From assembly GCA_904063045.1 (NCBI GenBank), contig CAJFCJ010000020.1:1744034-1808033 (forward strand): DNA of 64,000 bases. Direction: 5' to 3'. This DNA comes from Dimorphilus gyrociliatus. Taxonomy: Eukaryota; Animalia; Annelida. Positions within the stretch are counted from its first letter, which is position 1, and the number at the start of each line of letters is the position of its first letter. The notes under the pieces were generated by a model, which saw only the letters and a program-made list of their open reading frames with translations, made no database searches and had not been told where the DNA came from. Below, in pieces: positions 1 to 22,026 of the stretch. The position numbers were made by a program, and so were the translations under genes.

Positions 1-234
1 CCATAATACGATATATAGAATCGCCGGCAAGTGTTTTGAGTAGTCACGTGACGATACTCTCCAGTTTGCCTGCACAGTTTAGTCTGAGGAGTTGGTCCAG
101 CAGACAGACCACTGTCTTTCAACTTAACTTAATCTTCTTTTTCTGTGAGGTATTTTCTCAAATTTTCATTTCTTTTTCTTGCAATATCTTATATTATTCT
201 ATTTTTTCAGACAACAAACTTTTCAACTGCAATA

Positions 235-1465
235 ATGGGTGAAGAAAAGGTAAGAAAGCTATTCCTTTTTCTCATATCTTTTCATTGTTTCACATTTCTT
301 CCATTAGTGTTAGATAAATTTTTTGACTGTACCAGATTAATAAACAAATTCATAATTGTAAAATGTGCGCAAGTTCTGTCAAGTTATTTTAATAGCAAAT
401 AATATTGCTAATCTGTAAAACTGCAATACGTTTATCTTCAATATTTTTGCATAGCATAACCTATTCTGTGGCACTCTAAAACTTTGCAGCTGCCAAGCCT
501 GTTGACCTAAATATGTAATTTATATTAAACTGCACATACACCTGCCATAGTTGCGTGTATATTTATAGCATTAGTTCTTTTCCATTCCCATTTTTTTGTA
601 TATGAATATTTTATTAATTTCTAATTTTTGGTTCAATTTTTAAATATTTAACAGAAAGAGAAGAAGAAGAAGAAGAAGGAAAAGAAAGAAGAATCTGAGA
701 TCGAAGAACATTCTGGAGATGAGAAAAAAGAAGCTAAGCCAGCAAAGAGAGGAACATCAAACGTTTTTGCCCTCTTTAATCAGGCACAGATTCAAGAATT
801 CAAAGAGGTAAAATGCATATGAAAGTGTTTCAAACTTGACAAATGTAAACCTTTTTTCAGGCCTTTACCATGATGGATCAGAACAGAGATGGTGTAATCG
901 ATATGGACGATCTAAATTCGATTCACCAACAATTGGGTAGAGAGCCAGATACGAAAACGTTGAAGGCCATGCTGGAGGAGAGTCCTGGTCAATTAAACTT
1001 CACTCATTTTCTAACTCTATTTGGTGAACATTTGCACGGTACCGATCCCGAATCAACCTTGAGGGACGCCTTTATCATGTTTGACGAGGGAAATACTGGA
1101 AAATTATCTGAAGAATAGTTAGTATATCATAAAAAAAAGTTATACTTAGAACAGGGCGAAAAATTCCGCCCATAGATAGCGCTGCATAATAAACAATGTA
1201 TTGCGGTATATTTATATACCGTTAGATTTATGTTAGCTTAAAAACCCCTGGAGAATTGCAGCTAGGATCTGAATTAGTATAGTATAATTCTAAACAAACT
1301 TTTTCTATTTTGTCAAATAGCTTTAAAGACTTACTCATGAATGTTGGAGATCTGTTCAGCAAGGACGAAATTAAGCAAACCTTCAAAGAAGCACCAATCG
1401 AGGGAGGTCAACTCGATTATTTGGCGTTCGTTCGTCTCATAAAGAGAGGAAACCAAGAAGAGTAG
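235..1465 (+). CDS. Myosin regulatory light chain (EF-hand), 4 coding exons
   Basis: Exons 235-249, 655-807, 861-1117 and 1321-1465 join through GT-AG introns into MGEEK|KEKKKKKEKKEE...KRGTSNVFALFNQAQIQEFKE|AFTMMDQNRDGVIDMDDL...LSEE|YFKDLLMNVGDLFSKDEIKQTFKEAPIEGGQLDYLAFVRLIKRGNQEE*. The RxTSNVF phospho-motif and EF1 loop are typical of RLCs. A likely 5'UTR intron lies at 150-210. Confidence 0.95.
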
Positions 1466-2131
1466 ATTCTTAGTTTACCTAGTTTTTTTTTCTGCCATAA
1501 TTTATACCGTTGGTTTGCTTTTTTTCTTCTTTATTTTGTCTTTTTTTTCACAATGAGCAAACTAGAGAGAAAACATTTCTACCCAAAAACAAAAGAAAAA
1601 ACAAAATAAAACCTAATAATTATTATCTGTAAAGAAAACAAAAAGACCCTCTTTTTCGGAAAATAATACAAGATTTGATGAAAGAAACTCATTGTTCTAT
1701 CCTTCTTTCTCTATGCATGGTTCAAACCCTTTTCCGAGAAAATTATTCTCTTTTTTATTTATGATTCGGAAAATTGTACGTCGCTTTAAAATAAAATACG
1801 GGCAAGCTGAATATTTGATCATAAACGTTGGCAAGTCTTATTTAATATACCAATGTATGAAATAATTCTAAAACCGCCAAATATGGACATCGTAAAATTT
1901 GACGATGCTTTGTTAAGAGAACACTGTTTGATCATGCTTTATCAACATTCGGTTATATTAGGGATATAAAATAGCTCTATCTAAAGCTACAAAGCTTTAC
2001 TGTACGTGATTTAAGTGGTGAATCTCAGTTGTAATTTTACTAAAGAGATATTTTCAGTATTTTATTTATATATCTTCCTTCAAACTGTTACTAAAGTTTA
2101 TCTGTAACCATTTTATCACTCGGAGTTGAAT

Positions 2132-4803
2132 ATGCTCTTTCATGATATTACCTTAATAGCAATCACCATCTTATGCTTTGGCGTAAGCTATAATGGAGAT
2201 TTGGTGTTTGATGATAGCGAAGCAATACTGGGCAATAAAGATGTTCTACCATCTTCAAGTTTTATTGATATTTTCCACCACGACTTTTGGGGTTCGAATA
2301 TGAGCTCAAAGAGAAGTCATAAATCGTATAGACCCCTAACAGTATTAACCTATAGGTTTCTATTCAAAAGATATTTTTCACTTTTTTCTTATTAGAAACA
2401 TCTTTTGATAAATCTTATTTGAAACAGGTGGTCGTATTTTTTCGGTAACGGTTACCAGAAGATACATTTTCATCTACCAAACATACTACTTCAAGCGATC
2501 ATTTGCTTACTAACCTATAGATTATACCAGAGATTAACAAACAACAACTTAGTTTCAAAATTGGCCTCAATATACTTCGCCGTCCATGCAGTGCACTCTG
2601 AGAATGTAAGGAAAAAAACACAGCATTTTTCAACTGTTGCAGATGAAAATCTGCAGATATAATTAATTTTTTTTTTTAAATTTTATTCCAGATTGCTGCT
2701 GTTGTAGGTAGAGCCGATCTATTATGTTCAATGTTCTATCTGATATCATTACTCCTTTATATAAAAAGTTAGTATACATTTATAGCGTTTAAATTAATTT
2801 AAGTGTTATTTCTTTTTAATATAATCCAGGTTGGACAAACAACGTATTTATTATACCTGTGATAATTTCAACTGTTTTATCTGTACTAGCAAAAGAACAA
2901 GGTATAACTTCACTGGTAAGTATTATTATTGTTGTTATTAATAGTAACAAACTAAATATTTCTTCGTACCATGTATTCCCCTCAGGCTGTTTGCTTTGCT
3001 ATGGAATTTATTTATGTTTATAAATGTAATTACAAACTTTTGAAGAATCTCAACAATGCAACGTTAATTAGATCTATAGTATTAATTGCCTCTACAATTC
3101 TAATTTTATACTTAAGATTAAGAATTATGAATTATCAACCTCCCACTTTTCAATATCATGATAATCCTCACTCATTTGTGAATGGAACGCTGCTAAGAGT
3201 TGGTATCATTTCTATTTAGGTAAATAGAATTATTATTTTAATAGTTGCGACTTTTTTCTTCAATAGATATTTAATTACAACTATATTTACGCTATGAATA
3301 TTTGGTTATTGTTAAATCCTTCTTGGTTGTGTTTCGATTGGTCAATGGGATGTATACCAATTCTCAATTGGGCTGATAATAGACTTATAATAGTTTGCAT
3401 ATTTTGGGCTGTTGTTGGACTTTATTCTATTAAAATTTTAAGAAAATTGCCAAAGTAATATACAAACAATAATAACTTAAAATAGGTCGAGAAGATTTTT
3501 TATAGTAATTTTTTTTCTCCTTTGCAATAGAATTGAAGTAGTAAGTCTCACTTTAATGATAATACCATTCTTGCCATCTTCCAACATACTTTTTCGCGTT
3601 GGATTTGTCATTGCTGAAAGAAATTTATACATTCCGTCCATTGGATTTTGTTTATTAAGCATAAATTCATTCATCAAATTGATTAATTTTAAAAAAATTG
3701 ATAAAAGATTTACTAAATTATGTTGGTTTGCCTTAAGTTTATTTATTCTATCCAATGGAATTAAAAGTTTCTCAAGAGCTATCATATGGAAAACTGAAAA
3801 ATCACTATTTGAGAGTGGAAAATACGTTTGCCCTAAAAATGCTAAAGTTCATTATAATATTGCTAAAATTCACGGTGATTCTGGTAATTTAACGTTCGCA
3901 ATTTCAGAATATAGATTAGCAATAAGGTAGTTTCAATGTTAATACTATATTATATCTAATATGAATATTTATTCTGCTTTAGGCTTTATAAGAATTATGA
4001 ACAAGCGATGAATAATCTTGCAAATATTCTTAAGGATAAAGGAGAATTTATAGAGGCTGAAAGTCTTTTGTCAAAGGCTGTTACCATTAAGTACGGTCAT
4101 TTATTAATTAGATATATTTATTAAACGTTTAAACTTTTACTTGCACTATTAAATAGTTCAGAGTTTGCGGCTGCTTGGATGAATTTGGGTATCGTTAAAA
4201 TGAATCTTAAAAAGTATAAAGAAAGCGAATTTTCCTTCGGCAATGCTCTGAGACACAGAAAGTACTATCCCGATTGTTATTACAATTTAGGAAATCTCGT
4301 TAGTTGATTTGTTTTATTTTATATATTGCAATTGATAAGTTATACTCAATTAAACTTTTTATATACAGTATGCCGAAACAAAGCATCACCAATCAGCTCT
4401 GGCTGCTTGGGGAAATGCTACACAACAAAAACCTTCTCATTTGAATGCCTGGTTTAATATAATAGTTCTTTATGATAATTTAAAAAATTTTGAAAGAGGT
4501 GAAGCTGTTGTTAAAGAGGCCCTAAAGCATATTCCAAATTCTGATGTTATTTATTTTCAATACTCTATTATGCTTGGCAAGAGTGAAAAATTTGAAGAAG
4601 GAGAAACACAAATGCTAAAAGCCATATCTCTTAATCCTTCCGCTAAATATTATGGAAATTTGGGTATTCTTTATCATAGGTGGAAAAAATACCATAAGGC
4701 TGAAAACGCATACAAGAAATCGCTACTCCTAGAGCCAAACAATATTGAAATGAAAAAGAATTATGAAATGCTTAAAATATCAATGAATAAAAGAAAGATA
4801 TGA
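2132..4803 (+). CDS. TMTC4: Protein O-mannosyltransferase TMTC4-like (multi-TM + DUF1736 + TPR repeats)
   Basis: The spliced translation contains LVFDDSEAILGNKD, DFWG...SHKSYRPLTVLTYR, FAVHAVHSEN|IAAVVGRADLLC, LAKEQGIT, WLCFDWSMGCIP, PFLPSSNILFRVGFVIAERNLYIPSIGFC, CPKNAKVHYNIAK and C-terminal TPRs (ORF 4441-4803). These are TMTC-family hallmarks, and the motifs look most like TMTC4. Confidence 0.9.
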
Positions 4804-4941
4804 AGTTATTCCTTTAAAAATTCAAGTGTTAAGAAAATATGAAATGATTCATATGAATAGAAACGATAAAAATAGTGCTATATTTTTTCTTACATTTATA
4901 TAAAAAGAAACAAAAACGATGTTGTTCTTTCAATAGACAAT

Positions 4942-8971
<4,030 letters not shown>

Positions 8972-10861
8972 CTTCTTAAAGTCACAAAATACTCAATATT
9001 ACTTTCTTGCGCAATTTGAAAAAAAATCACAAATAGTCAAATTGTGATGTAAAAAAAAAATAACTATGTAAAGGTAACAAGTTGTCAAAGATAATGTATA
9101 AAATATGTATATATTATGAGAAACCGCATGTTATGGTGCAGCCGAAATTATGATTGTCAAGGTCAAAGTAAGGTACCGTTCAAAATGTTGAAATATCTTT
9201 AAAAAATTCTAAAAGGACCACGAACCTTATTATAAAATAGAAAAAGAACAAAATTGATAAGTTCTTTCCAGAACTAACACTAAAATTAAAAGAAAAGTAA
9301 TTTTTATGTTCTATAACAAATTACTTTAAAGTATTAGTTGACTAGAGCTTTTTCAAGTTAACAGGCTTTGAAATATTGAAAATGAATTAAAGAAAAATGA
9401 AACGGTGTAAAGATTGTTCGAAAGATCATTTCTAAATGGAATAAAATAAGCAAGTCTAATGTAAGTTTATCATATTTGATTCTCCGCTAAATTCAACTGA
9501 CATTTCAATTTTCTATCTAGTGCATTTCTATATATAACGCTTTGAGGAGATAGGTAGCTTACTTGGGTTCATTTATTGGCTATTACAGCACAGAAATTGT
9601 ATATTAATTTATAAATAGCTTACTTTAGCAATAATTTATAAAATTAGATCTGTAGAAAATTGGCTATAGTTATAAAAGAACAAAAGGAAAGATGTGAATA
9701 TATTTTAAATGTAAGTTCTTTAAAATTTCTCTACACTCAGAACATTCTATTCTTATATTTGTATTAATATAAAGAGTATGAAATTGATTTCTTTCTATTC
9801 CATAGCAAACACTAAGCTAGTTATTATTACGTTTAAACTTTTATGTGAAGATTAAAGCTTAATATTTAAGGGAAAGGGTAAAACTGAGTAAGATTTACTC
9901 ACTTAATCTCTTAATGAATAGAAAGACTTGGGTATATAAAATAAAAGTGAATGTACTTATTAGGTACAGTTATTATTTTTTCTATAAGCCAAATATAATC
10001 CCGCACGTCACCAACTCATTTTCAGCTGGCTTAAACAACTTAGACATCCAATTACAACTTGTAAATTTGTCATTTATTTTATCGATATTGCCCTATGAAG
10101 CAATAAACTGTACTATCTGTCAAAAAGATTCGTGTTGTATAATCTACGAATTTTTTGACGTCATCTTGTAATTTGACATAAAAAATTGTCAGACGCAGGT
10201 GCTTTTATTTTTATAAATATATGAATATTTGTTTGTGTAATAGAATTTTCATTGTAGCAAGTTTATTTTCGTTAGTCCTAATGAATTTTTACATAATTAA
10301 TTAAGAAAGAGTGTATTATGATTAGTCCTTCCTTTTTATGTTTAAAATGAAAGAGGAGCAACCTTCAGATCAAAAATATATATGTAAACATATTTATTAA
10401 TAAGAACTCAAAAGACCTGTAACTTGCAGATGTTTTATTTAAAAAAAATCCATTGCATATTAGCAGAAAAAAATGTGTTTGCACTAAATATTTTGAGGAC
10501 AAATAGACTCAAAATTAGCTTGATTTTTTAGATATAATTATAATTATTATTGTTCACCTCAATATATATTTTCTACGTAGTGAATACAACAAATTATGTT
10601 GCGCATATTCATATTAATAACAGACTTTTTTATCATTAAAAATGAACTAGAAAAAGTACAAATAAAAATTAATTACATCTTATTTAGACATTTGGAATAT
10701 TTTGGTACAAAAATTATTTATTAGCATATTTTTAAAATAGATATACGATTTTCGAATAACTTTCATCCTTTCATGAATAATTAATCTGCACGCGATGACA
10801 GCGCTCTCTGTGGTCGTAACGCAAATTATTCATCATGGCAGTAACCACGTGAAGAAAAAAC

Positions 10862-12869
10862 ATGGGAAATTCTTTCACGAAAAAGGATTGCAGCCAGGGA
10901 AATGAGGAAACTTCATCAGATAATTCAACATCAGAATCTAATCAGAAAGAATGGACCATGTTAGCTTCCGATAGCGTAGAAACATGGAAATTTAGCAGTG
11001 TTTTGTATGGTTTTGAACCAAGAATTGATTATACTTCCGATATAAAGGGACGATTGCAACCGTGGTGTACATTTGGTAGATATTTTTCAGTAAAGTATGA
11101 TTCAACAGAAAAGGTTTGATTCTTTCATTTTAACATAAAAACTGAATTAATTTAAAAAAATGGGTGTGTCTACTTCTAAAAAGTCTCCTACTTTTTTTTA
11201 TATACGTATTATAATGTCAATAATTCTTGTTTCAATATAATATATGCTATTTTAAAACAATGGAAGAAGAACCTAAATGATTCTATTGCTTTTTATATAA
11301 AGATATATCGCCATAAAATATTCCGAAATGGTATTATAGAATATCATGTTCGTCAAACCACGTGATGAAATTCTTAAACTAGAAAATTGTTTTATATTAA
11401 AATATTAATAAGTTTATTACACAATATGAAATACTAATATATAAAATCCAAGCTTTAATTTTGATAAATACAATCGACATGGGAAACATATAATTGAAAA
11501 TATATTAGACGCCTTTTATGTTAAAACTTTTAAAAGTGTTATAATATTTTTGAAGTCACAATCGAGCAACATACCTATAAAAAAATAAATAATTCTTTAC
11601 AAGACGACTAATGATATTACGAATATGAAAAGATTAACATCTTAATCGAAATTTGTAGAAGTTGAGAGAAAAATTAATTATAAAAAAAAAATCTTTTTTA
11701 TTCATAAGAGAATAAGATTTTGTATTTATGAATTCCTTTTCTGAGAAAAGTAATATTGAATTACTTAAATACAGTCTATTGTATATTGTATCTATTAACA
11801 GGAGCATATTGTATAAATTGTCAATATTTATATATATTCTAAAAATTCTTTTCAGGTCTTGGATAGACATTATATGAAAATTGTAATCTCAGAAGGATGT
11901 TTCCATTCTACTCAAATTCGCCTTCCACGAAGTTTTTATTCCAGACTACATTCAGTACCGGAACCGGCTTCCCATTTTCTTAAACCTATTCAAGTTGTGG
12001 GATATCGTGGAGGAGTATGCATTCTACAAGTGAACTGCAAAGACTATTTTATTGAATTTCTAGTCATACATATGAAGACTGGTACGGTTTTAGGGACTCA
12101 TAAAGAGAACATTCAAGGTTATAAACATTACTTATGCGACTGTCTTATTAGTCCAGATTTATCTTCTTTCATTCTCAAACCAAACGCTATGTACGTCTTG
12201 AATTTTGCGCGGGATACATTTAATAGTTCTATGAAAGTTGTATCTTGCAAAGGAAATCCTATGCCTGTTATTAGGGAGAATTTGTTTAGTAATGTTTCTG
12301 TGAGAGCTTTTATAGCATATGATCCAAGGTATACTTGGAGAAGAATTGCTATTGGAAATTATTGCAAACACGGGAAGGACACTGTAATCATCTTTGATTT
12401 GAAATCTGATAAAATTATACAATCAAGCGATCCTTATTCTCACTATCAAACTACGCACAATATATCTTGGTCACCAGATGGAGCTTACATATCATCAATG
12501 GTTCTAGGCAGAACTATTAAAGATGGGTTTTTTAATTTTCCAAAAGTATTGATATACGAATCAACAGATTTAGCAATTATTCAATCAATTAGGACTAATT
12601 ATCTTTCCGAAGTGCCAACACTATCACCGACTGGAATTTTTCCAGTTTTCAATAACACTGGAACAATTATAGCAATTCCTTATGGAGAACATGGAACTTA
12701 TTTTCAACAAGTTGCAGGAGTAAAAGTTTATAAAGCACCAAACGTTTTAGATCTTCAAAGTTTGTGTCGATTGTGTATTAGACAATATTTTGAAACCTAT
12801 GACGTTGATAGACTCCCTCTACCAAACAAATTAAAAGACTATTTGAAATTTAAACCATTTTGGGAATAA
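10862..12869 (+). CDS. Two-exon protein with N-myristoylation motif, beta-propeller-like middle and C-terminal SOCS box
   Basis: Exon 10862-11113 (AAG|gtttga) joins exon 11856-12869 (ttttcag|GTC) in phase 0. The protein starts MGNSFTKK, contains the WD40-like ISWSPDGAYISS and ends DLQSLCRLCIRQYF...VDRLPLPNKLKDYLKF (BC box plus LPLP cullin-5 box). Confidence 0.8.
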
Positions 12870-13571
12870 TAGAATATTGAATAAATGAATAAATAACGGT
12901 AAAGAGAACACTTTTAACTGTCTTGAATAATAAATCATAATATCTTTATGTTTTTTTTTTTTTTATAAAAACACATTATGAATTAATTAATGTCTTTATT
13001 ATTTAAACTCATAAAACACTACAGAAAGTACTGCTGAATTAGCTTAAATAAAGAAAACAAAATAGCTTTCCGCAAACAAGGTCATTTCCTACGGGGTAGT
13101 GCTCTCAGCGTATAGAAGCTGTTCATGTTTTTTTTTATATCAAAATACTGGGGCAATTGGAATTTTTTAAGTTCCTTTGTAAATTTATTTATACAAAATA
13201 TTAAAGACGTACGACGTAGGGGGAGGGCGAGTTGTAAAGAGTTGAATACTAAAAGGATTTTCATCGATTAGTGATTTAAACTAATTAATTAAGATTTTTA
13301 TAGGAGGATTTGAAAATCTAATAAGCATGTTATACTTCTTTCTAACCGGAGGGTTATTCGTTAAAATCAACTTTTTTTGTTAATTACAATTACTCTTCCC
13401 ATGTAAAATTCGATAATATTTTCGTATTTCCCTCCAATTGTTCGCTGGCGTATTAAATCCCCTTTCGCTTCAATTTTTCTTTTAGCGCCATCTATAGGAA
13501 CTACTTCCTAGCAGATATATACATAAACATTGATGTAGCAGTTCTTTTCAGTAAATAAGCTGCGGTTAGCC

Positions 13572-18352
<4,781 letters not shown>

Positions 18353-19147
18353 AAACGCTTCATATTTGATCTCGATGTCACTAATCTTTATCTTCTGATG
18401 CTGAAATATATTGAAATTCTGCAGATATCTTGTCGTTTCATGTGGTCCATACATTTCTTGTTCAGTTTAAAAGAAATAACGCCTAACCAAGAATTTCTAG
18501 TCTTAGCCGTATGCATAGTTTGTCAATATTGTGTTAATTGATCATTTAAGAAGATTGAGTCTTCGTAATCATCATAATCATAAGAGTATTTTTGTATTGC
18601 AGTATTTAGAAGAGAAACATATTTGTAGTTCACTTGACCTTGCAAATGATGAAATGTTCCTTCTCATTTGACATTTTCTAGCAATAAACATGTTTTGAAG
18701 AGAATATTGACTATTTTCTACAGACTGATGAAGGAAAGAAAATTTCCGTTGCGTATAGAAACTATCAATACTTAATTATAAAGTATTATAGAGTATACAA
18801 ACAGTATATGTATAAATCACTAATAGATTATAAATATCCCTTTTTCCCTTTTTAAAACTCGGGACGACAGCTTGTTAAACTCTAGAGAGGGTTTTATTAG
18901 AACAAATAAGCACTGTTAAACATAAAAGTCTACTATAACGACTCTTTCTCAAAAATAAAGTAGTATTCCAGCATTCACGAAACAAATCTGTTCACAATTC
19001 TTGATGTGTGCATAGAACATATAATACTTTCTTTTCTTACCAAAAAATATCCCTAAATTACCAACAACAAGCACAATAAAGTAACGATAAATCAACTATA
19101 CGATAAAAAATGAGATCTTTTTTTTTCCAGTTGACACACGCTTTAGA

Positions 19148-21890
19148 TTACCAATATTGGGAATCGTTGTAGGATTTATTGGCAGGTCGTCGGCTGTTAT
19201 ATCCTATAATAATAATAATAAAATGCAATAAATTGTGATATTTTAAAGGAATTAAAGAGCTTGATAAACTACCTCTACCAAATCCTTGTTCTGGAATTGC
19301 ACCGTTTGTTTCGTAAGCTCCAACAGTTGAATATCCGTAGTTTGGATTAGAATAGTTAGATATGGCAGGGTGACTGTTGTGGAAAATTAGCTAATAAACT
19401 TGATAAACTAGAAAGAAAAAGACTCGTACTTGCTTGGGTAGCTGTCTCTGCTTTGGTAAAAACCGCTGGTTGATCTTGGTTGACCCCAATTTGAACGCTG
19501 CTTGAAACCACCAATAGATGGTGTTCTACCCCGATGATTTCTATTTCGTTTGTTAATAACATTTTTCGATTCGCTATTCGATTTCTGCCAGGTATTGCTT
19601 TTAAGATTTTTATTAGATGTTGCTATTTTAGGTTTAGCAACTTCGGTTTTTTTTTTATTGCCCCTTTTAGTATTTGACCAAGTTCCCATATTCATCTTTA
19701 AAGCTTTATCCAATAACAGCTTTTGTTGAAGTTTACCTAATTTCTAATAAGAAAAAAATATTACGAAAAGGATTTTTAATCTATTCCTTCACAGACTTTT
19801 TTTGTTGAGGAAATTGTTTCGTCGTTTTTTTTGCCTTGAATTTCTTTTAATTTTCCATGAAGGTTTCGTACCATTTGCTCCATTTTAGCTCTTCTTTTTT
19901 CAGATAACAATTCTGGATGAGGAAGCATTTCTAAAAGAAAACTATTTATACTTCGTGTTTGAGAGCTTCAACAAGTTTTTAATTAACTTTTTTCCATTTT
20001 ATTTTATTATTATTTGTTTTTTTTTTTTTGTAGCAAAAACAGACCTCCTGCTGCAGAGAACGATGATGGAATATCATCTGTGTTTACATCATCACCAGAA
20101 ACTTTCAATTCAAATGTTTGATCATCTAATATAATAACGCCATCTATTAAAGTTGCCTAATAAAAGAGAAAATTAAATAGCCTTTATTTGCTTGTACAAT
20201 ATTCAATATCACCTTAAGTTGAACATCATCCAACAAAATATCATTTTTACTTATGGTTTCATATAAGGCACTCGCTGCTTTAGAGGAATCAAATGATACA
20301 TATAAATAGCTGAAAAGAAAGACAAGCTTAGTTAAATACATCTCTGTAGATTAAATATATATATATATATATACTGTATATACACTTCTATAACGATTTA
20401 GTAATGTATATAATATTTATAGCTAACTATATCTATAACAATGAAATTAACTAGAGAGTTAAATGGCAGCTTTATTTATATCAATAAAATTTAACTGTCA
20501 TCTATGTATAAAAGACCTTTTAACAATTATAAATAATTAATAAAAAAATAGAATCATCTATTTTAGCTGTTAAATTGGTTTTTAATGAAAAAAAAAACAA
20601 AAATTAAGGTCACTTGAATATTGAACAATGCGATAGATAGGTATAAACATACATACACTATATGTAGTATATACTTGGCTATATATATATATGTATGTGT
20701 GTAATAGCCTATTTTAAAGGCTTTTAAAAGTAAAACAAAGGATCGCTAATTTACCCTTTTGGTCGCCTGTCGGCGTTTCTAGGCAAATATATTGAAAACG
20801 GTGTTTGAAGATTAAGCGCTTTCGCGATTGTTTCTTCGCTAATATTCTCAATATTTTGGTTGCAATAGAGAACAACCGTTCTGATAGCAGCATCCTCTGT
20901 AAATAGTTTTTCAAAAAGTTATGACTTCAATTGTATAAAGAACCGCCTTATTTAAGAAACTATTAAAAGTTTCTAAAGAACGGACTTAAGTCATAATGAT
21001 AATAGCAATCATTATAATATTATTAAAAAATATGAAAAATATTCTTTCAAAATTATAAAATACAAAAGAAAATCCTACCAGACTGTTTAATTCTTTTTGC
21101 ATAACTTTCTGGGTGAACGCTTTTTTCAGTTTCGTCTGTCAAATATTACTCTAATAGTTACTTAAGCCTTTCTCACCAATAAATATTTAAACTTACACTG
21201 ATTATCCCAATAACGCATTACTCCTTTTGTTGACGATTTTAAATGTTTAACTGTAACACCAAAGAGGCTCTTTGTCAAACCTTTCGAAGTTGTTTCTGCT
21301 TCGAGAAACGTTCTAAATCTTAGCTCAGCAATCCTGTTTTGTTAAATAATTGAATTGATACAAGTTAATTGATCAATAGATGGAATTAGTAGTCTATTTG
21401 TTTACCCTTTTTTGTCGGCTGACTGCTCGTATTCTGACGTTCCTGGTTCGGCTGGACAAAATCGTAATATAAAACTTTCTGAGAGAGAAAATACTTCTTG
21501 TAAAGCTGGATCTTTTAGCATAGAGCTAGTTATGGGGAAGAGTCTCACAGTTCGAGATTTCTCTGAAGATATTAAATCAGTTGCAAATTGCAATCGAGTT
21601 GGACGCTTTATTTCTTCACCATCTTCTTTCGTCTCAATAACAAAGTCTCCTTCGTGCTCTTCCTCGTCTGATTCTTCATCGCTTACTATTTCCATGCGCT
21701 GAAAATTCTCGTCTAAGCATTCAGGACCATGTTTATTAACGTAGTCTAGTAGCCGTAATATTAAGGTAAGTTTGTTCCCCTCAGGGGATAATCCAAGGGT
21801 AGTTAGTCGGCTCTGAAGCTTTTCAATAGTCCACGCGTCCCAATCAATTTCTGTTCCATTGTCCACACAAGCCTTGATCTGTTGCTCCAT
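19148..21890 (-). CDS. SAP-domain protein with acidic tract, two nucleolin-type RRMs and a basic, G/Y/N-rich tail
   Basis: SAP-like WTIEKLQSRLTTLGLSPEGNKLTLILRL, acidic SDEESDEEEHEGD, RRM1 (TVRLFPI...ALQEVF...DKKGIAELRFRTFLEAE) and RRM2 (RTVVLY...IYLPRNADRRPKG|YLYVSF). The exons could be chained in frame through mostly ~56-nt introns to ...SYNDSQYW* (TAA 19150-19148). Confidence 0.75.
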
Positions 21891-21935
21891 TTCAGAATTT
21901 ACTTTATATTTATTGCACTAGTATCACGGATACAA

Positions 21936-21943
21936 CCGGAAGT
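21936..21943 (+). promoter_or_regulatory. ETS/GABP-type CCGGAAGT motif in the 136-bp bidirectional promoter between the SAP-RRM gene and the ZCCHC8-like gene
   Basis: Exact CCGGAAGT lies between divergent ATGs at 21890 (-) and 22027 (+). This motif is common in bidirectional housekeeping promoters. Confidence 0.45.
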
Positions 21944-22026
21944 TTCGGCTCGATAATAACGGGTAGAGCAGGTCCGCGGAAAACTGTTCTGTTGTGCCTA
22001 TGTGATGGAATAATACCTTATTATCG

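Noticed and set aside
9116-9720. Exon-like fragments between AARS2 and the SOCS-box gene (MRNRMLWC..., KKNKIDKFFPEL..., ICRKLAIVIKEQKERC...)
   Set aside because: Splice-like signals exist, but every phase-compatible join I tried hits a stop. This may be a lncRNA or decayed gene and cannot be supported as a CDS.
10156-10163. TGACGTCA (CRE) palindrome as a specific regulatory call
   Set aside because: The same 8-mer also occurs inside coding exons (18249 and 42984), so isolated hits are weak. I used it only as supporting evidence elsewhere.
20147-20200. RNP1-like KGYLIFSF suggesting a third RRM
   Set aside because: It falls inside a 56-nt intron (AAG|gtgata...tattag). The true RNP1 is PKG|YLYVSF.
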